A stretch of DNA of 64,000 nt from an uncultured Spirochaetota bacterium (GTDB lineage Bacteria; Spirochaetota; Spirochaetia; SZUA-6; Fen-1364). The DNA lies in assembly GCA_963734545.1 (NCBI GenBank), contig CAVTHO010000005.1, positions 224,001 to 288,000 on the forward strand. The letters run 5' to 3'. The notes beneath the pieces are model-generated. The model did no database searches, was not told the origin of the DNA, and saw only the letters and a program-made list of their open reading frames with translations. The translations under genes were made by a program, and so were the position numbers. This document shows positions 38,077 to 48,685 of the stretch, one piece after another; the first letter of the stretch is position 1; each line of letters starts with the position of its first letter.

Positions 38077-39381
38077 TCAGCGCAAAGCAGGCAGCCAGCT
38101 TCCGTGCGCCTCGATGAGGTCGTCGCACAGGGAGACGATGTCGTCGAGGGAAAGCTCCGCGGCGGTATGGGGATCGAGCATCGCGGCCTGGTACACGGTG
38201 TCCTTCCGCCGGGTCACCGCGGCTTCCACGGCGAGAAGCTGCACATTGATATTGGTCATGTTGAGCGCCGCGAGCTGCACCGGCAGCGCCCCGACATGGC
38301 AGGGGGTCACTCCGGCGGCATCCACCATGCAGGGTACCTCGACGCACGCTTCTTCGGGAACGTTGTCGATCAGTCCCGTATTCAGCACGTTGCCGGCTAT
38401 CCTGAATGGCCTGTCCGTCTCCCGGGCATCCATGAGGTACGAGGCGTACTCCTCCGTCCGCGTGTGGCCCAGCTCGCGATTGCGGGTCAGGGTCGCGCGC
38501 ATGGCCGCCCAGTCCTCGATCTGCTTGACGCAGCGCCGAGGGTACTCATCAAGGGGAATGTTGAAGCGCTGAATGAGATCGGGATATCGGGACTTGATGA
38601 ACCAGGGATTGTACTCGGCGTTGTGCTCGCTGGATTCAGTCACGTAGTATCCGAACCGCCGCATGATCTCGTACCGCACCATGTCAGCGTGCGGCGCGGG
38701 TCGCTCGCGCGCCCTCTTTTTTATCTCCGGGTACAGATCGACGCCTGCCCTTTCCACTTCCAGCAGCCATGCCATGTGATTGATGCCGGCGATCCTCCCC
38801 CGCACGCCGACAGGGTCCATGCCCAGGCCCTCGAGAAGGTGGGGAACGCAGACCTGCACGGAATGGCAGAGCCCCACCGTCTTCACGCCCGAGTGGCGGA
38901 GCAGCGCACCGGTGACCATTGCCATCGGGTTCACATAGTTGAGAAACCATGCATCGGGACACACCGCCTCCATGTCGCGCGCAAACTCAAGCACGACGGG
39001 AATCGTGCGCAGGGCCCGGAATATTCCTCCGATCCCCAGCGTGTCGCCGATTGTCTGGCGCAGGCCGTACTTCTTCGGGATCTCGAAATCAGTGACGGTG
39101 CAGGGCTCGAATCCTCCGACCTGGATGGCGTTCACCACGTAGGCGGAGCCGGCAAGGGCTTTGCGGCGATCATCGTACGCGATCACCCGTGCCCGGGACT
39201 GGTTCACGTTGCGGTTGAGCGTCTCCAGCATCATCGCAGAATCCTTCAAACGCGCCGGATCGATATCGAAGAGGGCGAACTCGGCCTCTGCCAGCGACGG
39301 GGTGAGCATGCAGTCCCCGAGCACGTTTTTCGCAAAGACCGTGCTCCCCGCGCCCAGAAAGGTGATTTTCGCCATTTCCAT
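38077..39381 (-). CDS. melA: GH4 NAD+-dependent alpha-galactosidase/glucosidase
   Basis: KITFLGAGSTVF, QTIGDTLG.GG, NYVNP, GLCHSVQ, AGINH, TESSEH. Confidence 0.92.
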   Translation of the reverse strand: MEMAKITFLGAGSTVFAKNVLGDCMLTPSLAEAEFALFDIDPARLKDSAMMLETLNRNVNQSRARVIAYDDRRKALAGSAYVVNAIQVGGFEPCTVTDFEIPKKYGLRQTIGDTLGIGGIFRALRTIPVVLEFARDMEAVCPDAWFLNYVNPMAMVTGALLRHSGVKTVGLCHSVQVCVPHLLEGLGMDPVGVRGRIAGINHMAWLLEVERAGVDLYPEIKKRARERPAPHADMVRYEIMRRFGYYVTESSEHNAEYNPWFIKSRYPDLIQRFNIPLDEYPRRCVKQIEDWAAMRATLTRNRELGHTRTEEYASYLMDARETDRPFRIAGNVLNTGLIDNVPEEACVEVPCMVDAAGVTPCHVGALPVQLAALNMTNINVQLLAVEAAVTRRKDTVYQAAMLDPHTAAELSLDDIVSLCDDLIEAHGSWLPALR

Positions 39382-39522
39382 ACCCGTCCCTCCTTGACAT
39401 GGGGCTGTCGAATCACCAGCATGGTGAGCGCCCGCTATGCTGACGCTGCCCCGACAGACCGGACACGGTCCCGCCCATCACCTCGTCGAGCATATCGCAA
39501 TCGAGACGAGGGAGACCAGTCG

Positions 39523-40171
39523 ATGACGCGCATTGCCATGGCTGTCCTTCTGGCGGCCGCGCTGTCGACCGCCCCTCTGCCCGCTGAAGAGGGGGTCCTG
39601 CGTTATGTCCGGGTGCACGAAACGAGTTCGGTAACCGTGGAGATCGAAGTCTCCCGCAGCGCCGGGGAGATAAGGGTGAAATCGGAGGGAGGCGGAAGAT
39701 CGGAAGAATCGATCTGGGTGCCCGGGCAGGGGAGTCCTCTCCTGGCGGCTGGCCGACCCTGCAGCGGGATCTGATCTGCAGGGCGAACGGACAGGGGACT
39801 TCATACGGGTGACAGGGAAGTCGAGAGGCAGGGAAGTCACCCGCGAGCTCAAGATCGACGCGGCGCCCTGGTACCAGATATTCGGTCCCGGAGTTGCCGA
39901 TCTGATCTCCGCCGACAACGGGCAGATGGAGTTCTGGGTCCTCAATCCAGACGACCTGGCGACACACAAGATGCTCGCCCGGCAGGCGGGCCGGGAGCGC
40001 CGGGAAATCGCCGGCGAGCAGGTCGATACCTTCAAGATCCATTTCTCCCCTGCGGGAGCGCTTGCCCCCTTCTGGGGCGCGGACTTCTGGTACAGGCCCT
40101 CGGACTCCGCCCTTCTTTTCTCCCGGCTGCCGGAGAACGGCGGATCGACGATTACGACAATCATCTGGTGA
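39523..40171 (+). CDS. Hypothetical secreted protein (frameshift near 39740)
   Basis: RBS plus MTRIAMAVLLAAALSTAPLPA signal peptide; continues in the 39809..40171 frame. Confidence 0.6.
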
Positions 40172-40180
40172 GCCCGGATG

Positions 40181-40221
40181 GGCGCCGCGGTATTCCGAGG
40201 ATTCCTGGCGCCGCGGTACTA
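40181..40221. repeat. Module B (26-nt period), intergenic between convergent genes
   Basis: GGCGCCGCGGTATTCCGAGGATTCCT-GGCGCCGCGGTACT. Confidence 0.85.
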
Positions 40222-41901
40222 GGCGCGGCGGGTCGCGGGAAACATGACCCTGAATATCGTTCCCTTGCCAGGTTCGCTGGTGACTCTCATACAGCCATGA
40301 TGACCCAGGACGATCCCATGTACCGCTGCCAGACCGAGACCACGCCCGACGAACTTCGTGCTGAAGAACGGATCGAATATTCTCTCCCTGGTTGCGACCT
40401 CCATACCGCAGCCCGTGTCCTCGACTTCCAGGTACGCGTAGGCGCCCGGGGCAAGCCCCCGGCCCAGGATACTCCGCTCCAGCGCCGCGGCGTCGAGATC
40501 TTCCGATCCCGTGCGGAGGATGATCGTACCCCCCTCTGCGCCCAGTGACTCGGATGCATTGGTGAGCAGGTTCATGATCACCTGTCGAACCAGTGCCGGG
40601 TCCATGTCGATGGCGGGGGTCGTTTCGGCGAGCTCGTATGCCAGCCGCCCTTTGCCGCGCAGGGAAACCTCGATGATCGAGCTCATTTCCCGGACGACCG
40701 TGGACAGGTCCTGCTTTGTCACCCGCAATGGCTCTCTTCCCGAGTAGACAAGAAGCTGGCGTGTGAGCTCCGCCCCCTGGCGCGCCGCTTTCCCGATGTT
40801 CTGCAGGGTCTCGCGCAACGGGGCGGGCAGGGAGCGGTCGGTGAGCGCAAGGTCGAGGTTGCCCAGGACAACCATGAGGAGATTGTTGAAATCGTGCGCG
40901 ATTCCCCCTGCCAGGACTCCGAGGCTCTCGAGCCTCTGCACGTGCTGGACCTGGCTCTCCATTGCCCGCCGCTGTTTCTCGCCGCGCACACGATCCGAAA
41001 TGTCCAGCGCGGTGAAAATCACGCCGGCCTGCAGGTTGCCCCGCACGATCGGAGAGGAGCTGAGGAGAATGTCGACAAGAGTGCCGTCCTTGCGCATCCA
41101 GCGCGTCTCGATGGTGCCGGTTCCTTCCCGTTCGATGCTTTCGCTTTGCTCCCTGCCGACCCTTTCGTACTCTTCCTGATCCGCATAGAGAATACGCGCC
41201 CCGCGTCCCAGCATCTCATCCGCCGCATACCCGGTGATCCGGCACAGCCGCTCGTTCACTTCCGTGAACACGCGATCCACCACGGTACCGATGCCGCTCG
41301 GCGCGGTGCGGAAGATGCCGTCCATCTTGGCCTGTCGGCGCGCCAGCTCCTCCACCGCCCTTTCCCGTCCGATATGCGCCCCGACCATCTCGGCCGCGGT
41401 CTGCAGGAGGCGCACATCCTCCCCCGACCACGTACGAGGGCTCACCGTGTCGTCGAATCCGATGAATCCGTACCAGGCTCCTGCGACGGACACGGGGATA
41501 TTGAGGATGGAAAGGATGCCCTGGGGCGCAAGGATCCCCCGGGACATCTCGTCCAGCTCGTCGACGATTCCCCAGAAAGGCTTCCCCTGGGACAGCACGC
41601 GCCGGGCCGGTTCGTACGAGGAGGCGTAAGGCAGGTGCTGGAGCAGGGCATTGTCGATCTGCGGTTCGACACCGGGAGCGCACGCCTCGTGGGTCTGACG
41701 TATGCACAGGCCGTCCCGCGGGTCGTCGAAGTTCTCGAACAGATACACGCGGCTGGCGCCGGCGGCCGCGCGCAGGTGCTCCAGAGCGCCGTCGATTGCC
41801 TGAGGGCCGCCCGCGATCAGGCTGCGGGAGCAGGAGGCGAGCCCCTCCTCGTAGCGCAGGCGCTCGGCAAGCTTCTCGGAGGCGCCCCGGCTCGGGCTCA
41901 T
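40219..41901 (-). CDS. GAF-PAS sensor histidine kinase (CckA-like kinase core, no receiver)
   Basis: GAF (GFIGFDD), PAS/PAC (RKDG), AGGIAHDFNNLL, NLLTNA, DTGCGM, FFSTK..GRGLGL. Confidence 0.92.
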   Translation of the reverse strand: MSPSRGASEKLAERLRYEEGLASCSRSLIAGGPQAIDGALEHLRAAAGASRVYLFENFDDPRDGLCIRQTHEACAPGVEPQIDNALLQHLPYASSYEPARRVLSQGKPFWGIVDELDEMSRGILAPQGILSILNIPVSVAGAWYGFIGFDDTVSPRTWSGEDVRLLQTAAEMVGAHIGRERAVEELARRQAKMDGIFRTAPSGIGTVVDRVFTEVNERLCRITGYAADEMLGRGARILYADQEEYERVGREQSESIEREGTGTIETRWMRKDGTLVDILLSSSPIVRGNLQAGVIFTALDISDRVRGEKQRRAMESQVQHVQRLESLGVLAGGIAHDFNNLLMVVLGNLDLALTDRSLPAPLRETLQNIGKAARQGAELTRQLLVYSGREPLRVTKQDLSTVVREMSSIIEVSLRGKGRLAYELAETTPAIDMDPALVRQVIMNLLTNASESLGAEGGTIILRTGSEDLDAAALERSILGRGLAPGAYAYLEVEDTGCGMEVATRERIFDPFFSTKFVGRGLGLAAVHGIVLGHHGCMRVTSEPGKGTIFRVMFPATRRA

Positions 41902-42254
41902 GTGAAGGAAATGCGCGGCACCCAGAGGTGCTTCTTCATGTCGATCCTGCCATCCTCCTTGACCGGAACACCCTCCGCTTCCAGCAGGGCCTTCTGCTCC
42001 TCGAATCCGGCTCCTCTTGGCAGGGAGATCGATCCGCGGCTGTTGATGACGCGCTGCCAGGGCAGGCGCTCGGCGCGTGAAAGGCTGTGCAGAACCCGGA
42101 CCACCTGACGGGCGGCAAGAGGGCTTCCCGCAACGGCGGCTACCTGCGCATAGGTGGCAACCTTGCCACGCGGGATGGAGCGCATGATCTCTATGGCCCG
42201 GACCGTGAAGGGTGCATAGCGCGTACCACGGGTCGTTGCTCCATGAGCCTTCAC
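41898..42254 (-). CDS. Alkyltransferase-like protein (Atl/YbaZ, MGMT family)
   Basis: IPRGKVATY, LPWQRVIN (Trp replaces the catalytic Cys), LLEAEGV. Confidence 0.9.
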   Translation of the reverse strand: MKAHGATTRGTRYAPFTVRAIEIMRSIPRGKVATYAQVAAVAGSPLAARQVVRVLHSLSRAERLPWQRVINSRGSISLPRGAGFEEQKALLEAEGVPVKEDGRIDMKKHLWVPRISFT

Positions 42255-42326
42255 CGTTTTATTGAAACAGATGATCCCGCAGGGTGTCAACGGAATGCGA
42301 TCCGCGCCCGGCGGGGCACCGGAAGC

Positions 42327-44051
42327 TCAATGCACGCGCGAGGGAAGGATTGAGCGGGAGAGGAAATCCAGCGTCCGGCTGCGCAGAGGCTCGGGCAGAC
42401 CTGCTGCCTCGGCCATCACCGCCTCGTCGGTGAGCTCGACATCCGACATGGCGATTGCCGGTGAATCTGCCCGCGCGTCGAGGAGCATGCATTTCGGCGC
42501 GCCGGGCGCGTTGGTCCACGGCACCCATTCCGCCCCGCCCGTGCCGGACCCTGTTGCCCGCCGATTGGGGTTGCCGGTGCGCGCGAACTGTGCCACATAC
42601 TCCATCATGGCCGCCGAGAGCGCCTTTCGGCCGGGCGCGTTCTGCGGCGTGAAGAGGGCCAGATGCATGACGCCATTCAACGTATCACGCCCGAGAAAAA
42701 AGGGGATGTCCAGAGAGTGGAACGCCCCGAGCTTCCGCCCCCAGTTGTCGGGCAACGGGCCGGCCCCGTTCGCGTCGGAGGCCCCCCAGTCGAACCGGTA
42801 GGCGTACACGGGAGGCTGATCCGCACACGCGGAAAGCCTGCGGGCCACCTCGTCCACGCCGGATGCCTTCCACCGCTCGCTCCCATACTTTGCCGCCGCT
42901 TCGTACAATTCACTTCGCCAGGGGATCGCGCCGGAGAAGAGCAGGAAGAGCTTCACCTCTTCCTTGTTCGACCCGATGATCAGGGGAACCTTGCCGGGAT
43001 AGTCTCCGGTGGCGAGGACATCGAATCCCGCCTCCGGGATCACGGCGCCGTCACGCAGAATCGCTGGATTGTCGATCATCCCAAAAGCCCATGTGGCGTA
43101 GCAGGTCAGTATCTCGCGGTCGTTTTTCGACCTGAGGTACGCACGGATGGCCTCCCGGCTCATGGCAGCGGCTAGGACTTCACCGTCCGCGCGCGTGCGC
43201 CACTTCCCGTCGCGGGCCAGGAGCTCGGCGAGCAGCTCATGCGACTTTTCGTCCGCCTCGTCCATGCCGTGCGTAATCGCCGCGCCGCTTTCTGATATCC
43301 CCCGCTGGAAGAGGCCTTTGGCCGGCGGGGAGATCAGGAGGGAGAGCACGTTGAAACCGCCGGCCGATTCTCCCGCAATTGTGACATTCGCCGGATCCCC
43401 GCCGAATGCCGCTATATTCTGCTGTACCCATTTCAGGGACTGTATGATGTCGAGGGTGCCGTAGTTGCCAGATGCGTCCTCCGATGAGACGCCTTCTCGC
43501 AGCGCGGGATTTGAAAACCACCCGAAAGGCCCCAGACGGTAGTTGATCGACACGAATACCATGTGGGACCGGGAGGCGACGCTGCTTCCGTAGTAACCGC
43601 TCGTCGTTGTGGCGGACCCGATGGAGTTCCCTCCACCGTGGATCCAGACGTAGACAGGAAGCCCGATGTCAGGTCCTTTCGGTCTCCAGACATTCAGATA
43701 GAGGCAATCCTCTGTGCCGAAAACAACTCCGGGTAGAACAACGCTGTACTGCGTGCAGGCAGTGCTGAACGAGCCGGGATTGCGCACGCCGGTCCACGGC
43801 AGCGGTTCTTGCGGCGCGCGCCACCGCAGGTCACCGATGGGCGGCCGCGCAAAAGGAATGGCTTTCCAGACCCAGGTCTGCTCGGAATCGTCCCGCGCCC
43901 CCACCACGCCGAAGCGCGTGGTGACCAAGGGAGATCCGGACCAGATCCCCGGTTCCTGGAAGGCCGCGCGCGGCCCGGCCACGCAGGAGACAAGGCACGC
44001 GGCCAGGAGAATGCAGAAGAAGGGAAGAAGAGAGCGCGCGAATCCCTTCAC
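42327..44051 (-). CDS. Type B carboxylesterase, probable lipoprotein
   Basis: EDCLYLNVW, WIHGGG, NYRLG, FGGDPANVTIAGESAGG, AFHSLDI. Confidence 0.93.
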   Translation of the reverse strand: MKGFARSLLPFFCILLAACLVSCVAGPRAAFQEPGIWSGSPLVTTRFGVVGARDDSEQTWVWKAIPFARPPIGDLRWRAPQEPLPWTGVRNPGSFSTACTQYSVVLPGVVFGTEDCLYLNVWRPKGPDIGLPVYVWIHGGGNSIGSATTTSGYYGSSVASRSHMVFVSINYRLGPFGWFSNPALREGVSSEDASGNYGTLDIIQSLKWVQQNIAAFGGDPANVTIAGESAGGFNVLSLLISPPAKGLFQRGISESGAAITHGMDEADEKSHELLAELLARDGKWRTRADGEVLAAAMSREAIRAYLRSKNDREILTCYATWAFGMIDNPAILRDGAVIPEAGFDVLATGDYPGKVPLIIGSNKEEVKLFLLFSGAIPWRSELYEAAAKYGSERWKASGVDEVARRLSACADQPPVYAYRFDWGASDANGAGPLPDNWGRKLGAFHSLDIPFFLGRDTLNGVMHLALFTPQNAPGRKALSAAMMEYVAQFARTGNPNRRATGSGTGGAEWVPWTNAPGAPKCMLLDARADSPAIAMSDVELTDEAVMAEAAGLPEPLRSRTLDFLSRSILPSRVH

Positions 44052-44067
44052 CTGACACCTCCACGTA

Positions 44068-45024
44068 TCAGTGCCGGGCGAGCAGGGCTTCGACCTCCGC
44101 CGCATCGGCGGGGGACATATCCCAGTCGGCAGCAGCCGATATTTCCGCCACCTGCCCGGGTCTTCGACCGCCCACTATGGCGGCTGTCACTTCGGACCTG
44201 CGCAGCACCCATGCCACGGCGAGCTCCGCCACGCTCCTGCCGTTTTTCTTCGCCAGGGGACGGAGCTCCTCCACGAGGGCGAGGTTGCGGCTGAGCGCCG
44301 GCTCGGTGAAAAGCGCGTTGCGCGCGCGCACGTCGTCCCGGGGAAGGGATGCCGCCCTTTCCCGCGTGAATGCGCCGGTCAAAAGCCCCATCTGCATGGG
44401 ACTGTAGCAGATCACGCCGATTCCGTTGGCCGCGCAGAAGGGAAGCACGTCCGTCTCCACGTCTCTGCGCAGCATGCTGTACGGGGGCTGCAGGGAGGCG
44501 ATGGGGTGGATCTTCTGGATGCGCCTCATCTGCTCGGGATTGAAGTTGGAGACCCCGGCATACCGGACCTTTCCTTCGCTGACGGCCTTCGCGATTTCCG
44601 CCCAGCCTTCCTCGATGTCGGATTCCGGATCGGGCCAATGGATCTGGTAGAGATCGATGTAGTCGGTCTTCAGCCTGCGGAGACTTCCCTCGAGCTCTTT
44701 CCGCACGCTCGCGGCCTTGAGCCGGCTCACGATGGTGGTGCTCCCTGGGTCCGTCAAGCGTCCGCACTTCGTCGCGATGATGAGCGTGTCACGCCGGCCC
44801 GCGACGGCCTTCCCGACTACTTCCTCGGAATGTCCGATACCGTAGACTGCCGCGGTGTCGATCCAGTTGATGCCCAGATCGAGGGCTTCGTGGATTGTCG
44901 CAATGGAGTCCCGATCATCCTGGCTTCCCCAGCCGAACTGCCAGTCTGCCCCGCCGATGGCCCAGGTTCCCAGCCCGATCCGCGTCAACGCGAGCCCGCT
45001 CCTGCCCAGCACCCTGGTTCTCAT
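44068..45024 (-). CDS. Aldo/keto reductase
   Basis: GLGTW, IDTAAVYG, DYIDLYQIHWPD, GVSNF, YSPM. Confidence 0.95.
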   Translation of the reverse strand: MRTRVLGRSGLALTRIGLGTWAIGGADWQFGWGSQDDRDSIATIHEALDLGINWIDTAAVYGIGHSEEVVGKAVAGRRDTLIIATKCGRLTDPGSTTIVSRLKAASVRKELEGSLRRLKTDYIDLYQIHWPDPESDIEEGWAEIAKAVSEGKVRYAGVSNFNPEQMRRIQKIHPIASLQPPYSMLRRDVETDVLPFCAANGIGVICYSPMQMGLLTGAFTRERAASLPRDDVRARNALFTEPALSRNLALVEELRPLAKKNGRSVAELAVAWVLRRSEVTAAIVGGRRPGQVAEISAAADWDMSPADAAEVEALLARH

Positions 45025-46016
45025 TATCCGCTCCTGACGATTATGGTGGACCGCGTATCCGCGGCCTCCCTGGTGCGCAGGGCGAGCTCGCTCACGGCGA
45101 ATGCGTCCTCCGCCGTGATCCGCATTCCCGCACCATCCTGTATGTGACGTATGAACTCCTGGAAGAGAGAAAGCTGGTCCTCCTTTTCCAGCTTTCGTGG
45201 AGCCGCATCGTGGGTGAACAGGGTCGCCTCTCCCCCGGCCACCTCGAGGACTCCCTTTTCCCCCGCAATCCGCACCTTGTCATCTCCATGCGTCGGCGCG
45301 GAACCGGGCCGGAAGTAGTCAAACGTGAGGGTGGCGCAGCCGGAGTTTGCCAGACGGAAAAGGCACGCACCCGAGCTCTCCATTTCGCCATGACCGTGGT
45401 TTCCCGCAGGCGTATGCGATGCAGCGACCTGCGTGATCCCCCCGTCGGTGAACCAGTGGATCCAGTCGATGCCGTGCACGGCAACCCAGGGGATGGTGCC
45501 GCCGTAGGTGGCGCGGTGCGTGTACATGGCATGACGCGTGCCCAGCTTGTATGACTTCTGCGCGGTGATGAGGATCGGCTCCCCGATCTGGCCCTCCTTC
45601 AGCGCACGCCACGCGGCATGGAACGCGGGGTGGTAGCGGTAGAAAAGCATGGGGCAGAGGTCCGCTTTTCCCAGGGCGTGGGCACGGCGAAGCCGCTCCA
45701 GCTGATCCAAGGATACGGCCATGGGCTTTTCGACGAATACATGGATCCCCCTCTCCAGGCACTCGCAGGCAATACGCGATTGCAGGAAAAAGAATGGAGC
45801 CACCACGACCACTTGCGGCTTCTCCCTGTCCAGCATGCGGTGGTAGTCTTCATAAAAGGGAATGAGCGAGGGCTCCAGCTGATCGACATAGAACTCCCGC
45901 GCGTCCTCGTCTGCTGACCCCGGCGCGATCCCGACAAAGCTCAACTGCGGAAGGCGGTCACGCACTTCGAGTGCGAGGTCGATGTGACCGCTGGTGCCGA
46001 TGATCGCTGCCTTCAC
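45024..46016 (-). CDS. Gfo/Idh/MocA family oxidoreductase
   Basis: AAIIG, HVFVEKPMA, GGT....VHGID; GTG start at 46016. Confidence 0.9.
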   Translation of the reverse strand: MKAAIIGTSGHIDLALEVRDRLPQLSFVGIAPGSADEDAREFYVDQLEPSLIPFYEDYHRMLDREKPQVVVVAPFFFLQSRIACECLERGIHVFVEKPMAVSLDQLERLRRAHALGKADLCPMLFYRYHPAFHAAWRALKEGQIGEPILITAQKSYKLGTRHAMYTHRATYGGTIPWVAVHGIDWIHWFTDGGITQVAASHTPAGNHGHGEMESSGACLFRLANSGCATLTFDYFRPGSAPTHGDDKVRIAGEKGVLEVAGGEATLFTHDAAPRKLEKEDQLSLFQEFIRHIQDGAGMRITAEDAFAVSELALRTREAADTRSTIIVRSG

Positions 46017-46209
46017 GGAAGTCCTCTGTTTCCTACTATACCAGAGCAGAGGCGGTGAGAGAAACCCCGATGCCGGTCCGCGCGGCCGACGGCGCCGGTC
46101 CCATGAGAAGCGCGCAGCCGCTCCGTTGTTGCCTTCTCTGAAGGCCCTCGCGTTTTCTCGGAAGGCCTTCTTGCTCCTCCCGATGAAAACGAATACTGTT
46201 GAGTGAACC

Positions 46210-47197
46210 ATGAAAGAATCCGGGTCCCCCCACCCACTGCGCGCCCCGGGCGTGCTCGCGATCGTCGTGGTGTCCGTTGCGCTCCTGCTCTCGGTCACCA
46301 TCAGCCACTCAGACGAGCTTGTCAGCACCCGTGTGCGCGTCCTCGTGCCCCAGTCCACCTCGTCCCTGCCCTTCCTGCTGATGGCCCGGGACCACACGAT
46401 CCCGGGCGTCGACCTGCAGGTGGACTTCTTCCTCAATCACGCACAGGCCCTCGCTCTTCTGCTCCGCGGGGAAACCGATCTTCTTCTCAGCGGCACGAGC
46501 CAGGGATGGGAGAACCGCCTGGACGGCAGTCCCATCGTGATGATCGATACCGGCGTGTGGGGGGTCTCCTCCCTGGTGGGCAGGGACGCGGCCCTCGGGA
46601 GTTTTGCCCTTCTGAAGGGAAAGCGGCTTGCCCTGCCATTCCCCGGTTCCCCGCTGGACTTTCAAAGCCGCGCGCTTCTGGCATTCGACAAGATCGATCC
46701 TGACCGGGACCTCACGATCAGCTACGGTCCTTTCCCGCAGAGCGTGCAGAGGCTGCTCGCCGGCCGGCTCGACGCCGTGGCGCTGCCCGAACCCCTCGCA
46801 ACCGAGGTCGTGAAAAAGAACGGCCTCGCGCGGCTCATCCAGTACTCCCGGGCGTGGGCCCGGCTGACCGGGGGGGACGGCGCGTCGCCGCAGGTGAGTC
46901 TTTTCTCCACGGAGGGCTTTGCGCGGGACCACGGCCAGACTCTCGGCGCCATTGTATCCGCCTGGGCAGAGGCGAGCAGAAGCGTGACGGCAAATCCAAC
47001 GGACGCCGCCTCGCGGTTCGCCGCGTCCCTCAACACCGACCCCTCCATTCTCGAAGAGGCAACGCGGAACACGCTTCTCTCGGTTCCCTCGATCGGCAGA
47101 GAACCGGACACGGGTGCTGGCCTATTACCGGATCGTCGCAAAATACTTTCCGGCCGCGGCGCGTCCGCTGGACGAGCAGTTCTTCCTCGCGCCCTGA
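46210..47197 (+). CDS. NitT/TauT-type ABC substrate-binding protein (frameshift near 47095)
   Basis: LKGKRL, GSPLD, DAVALPEP; C-terminus ...PLDEQFFLAP* in the shifted frame. Confidence 0.8.
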
Positions 47198-47230
47198 GCA
47201 ATGCCCCCAAGGACCTCGTCACCCGGCGCG

Positions 47231-48685
47231 ATGTCTCTGCGGCTCAGGCTCCTCGGCGCCGCAGGGGTAGCGATAATCCTCGCGGGCTGGGCGGTTGCCA
47301 GCCTGGCGGCAGGCACGTATTTCGTGCCCGCGCCCTGGACCACGATCGCGGACACTGCCCTCCTTCTCGCGCGCAGGTTCACCTGGACGCAGATCCTGAT
47401 CACCCTCCTCCGCGTGTGTGCCGGTTTCCTGGCAGGCTTTGTGACCGGGGCCGCCGCAGGGATGGCGATGGGAGCGCGCCGGGACCTGGACGCCCTTTTC
47501 AAGCCGCTCGTTCTCTTCTTCCAGGGCATGCCTCCCCTGTTGTGGGCGATTCCCCTGGTGGCCCTGATGGGCATCGGCCACGTGCCCACGATCGTCGTGA
47601 TCGGCCTCATCACCTTCCCGCTCGTGGCGGTGACGATCAGGGAGGGCATGTCGACGCTCCCCCGCGCGTATGGAGAAATGCTCGCCATCTTCGCGCCGGG
47701 CTTCGTTCCCCGCACACGGGAGCTCGTCCTGCCGCACCTCGCCCCGTTTCTCGCCGCGTCGCTGAAGGCGGGCCTTGTGCTGGCGGTCAAGGCATCCGTG
47801 ACGGCCGAATATTTCGGAGCGAACGACGGCATCGGATTTCAGATCCAGTCGGCGTATATGTCGATGCGGATACGGTCGCTGTTTTCCTGGGCGGCCGTGC
47901 TCATCCTCATCATCCTCGTGCTCAATCACCTGCTGCCGAGGATCCGTCTTGCCGGACCGGTCTTCAAGGCCCTGATCGTGCGCCCGGGCCGGGCACGCCG
48001 CGACCATGCGGATATCGCCGAGCGGGAACGGACCTTCATTTCCCGGGCCGGCGCATCACGCATCGCGCTGCGCGGGGTGAGCTTCGCCTACCGGAAGCAG
48101 AACGAGATACTCCGCGGCGTGGATCTGGAGGTCGGCCCCAATGAAATCGCCGTCGTCACCGGGGAGTCCGGAATAGGAAAGACGACCCTCCTGAAAGTCG
48201 CCGCCTCCCTGCTGAAGCCCGCCGCAGGCAGCGTTTCCTGTCCGCCGCGGGTCGGTTTCGTATTCCAGGACGACAGGCTCCTGCCATGGCGGTCGATCGC
48301 GCAGAACACGGCCCTTCCCCTCCTCTACCAGGGGTTCAAGAAGAACGACGCGCTGAGCCTTGCGCACTATCTTCTTTCGGAGGCGGGCCTTGCCGGAGAG
48401 GAGGAGAAGAGGCCGGACGAGCTTTCCGGCGGCATGAAAAAGCGCGCGGCGCTGGCCCGGTGTTTCGCTCGTCTGCCGGACGCGGTATTCCTGGACGAGC
48501 CTTTCAGCGGCCTGCACGCAGAGGCGCGCGGGCTGCTCTGGGAAATGTTCCTGCGCCTTCTCGCCCTGCACCCGGTCCCCGCGCTCATCGTCACCCATTA
48601 CCCGCAGGAGATATCGTCCCTCGCCTCCTGCAGCCTTTACGTGCTGGAGGGAAAGCCGGCACGGATAGCGGCAGTGCGGACATGA
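47231..48685 (+). CDS. NitT/TauT-type ABC permease fused to ATPase
   Basis: N-terminal TM domain (TAEYFGANDGIG), then GESGIGKTT, FQDDRLLPW, LSGGMKKR, LDEPF. Confidence 0.88.
   Translation: MSLRLRLLGAAGVAIILAGWAVASLAAGTYFVPAPWTTIADTALLLARRFTWTQILITLLRVCAGFLAGFVTGAAAGMAMGARRDLDALFKPLVLFFQGMPPLLWAIPLVALMGIGHVPTIVVIGLITFPLVAVTIREGMSTLPRAYGEMLAIFAPGFVPRTRELVLPHLAPFLAASLKAGLVLAVKASVTAEYFGANDGIGFQIQSAYMSMRIRSLFSWAAVLILIILVLNHLLPRIRLAGPVFKALIVRPGRARRDHADIAERERTFISRAGASRIALRGVSFAYRKQNEILRGVDLEVGPNEIAVVTGESGIGKTTLLKVAASLLKPAAGSVSCPPRVGFVFQDDRLLPWRSIAQNTALPLLYQGFKKNDALSLAHYLLSEAGLAGEEEKRPDELSGGMKKRAALARCFARLPDAVFLDEPFSGLHAEARGLLWEMFLRLLALHPVPALIVTHYPQEISSLASCSLYVLEGKPARIAAVRT

Noticed and set aside
38074-39774. 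Long antisense or alternative-frame ORFs (e.g. 38074..39774, 51090..52670, 52781..54322, 30616..31977)
   Set aside because: Shadow ORFs of real genes, expected in high-GC DNA; no motifs
46017-46209. Possible riboswitch in the divergent Gfo/ABC intergenic region (short GAAGGCC repeat)
   Set aside because: No recognisable riboswitch consensus
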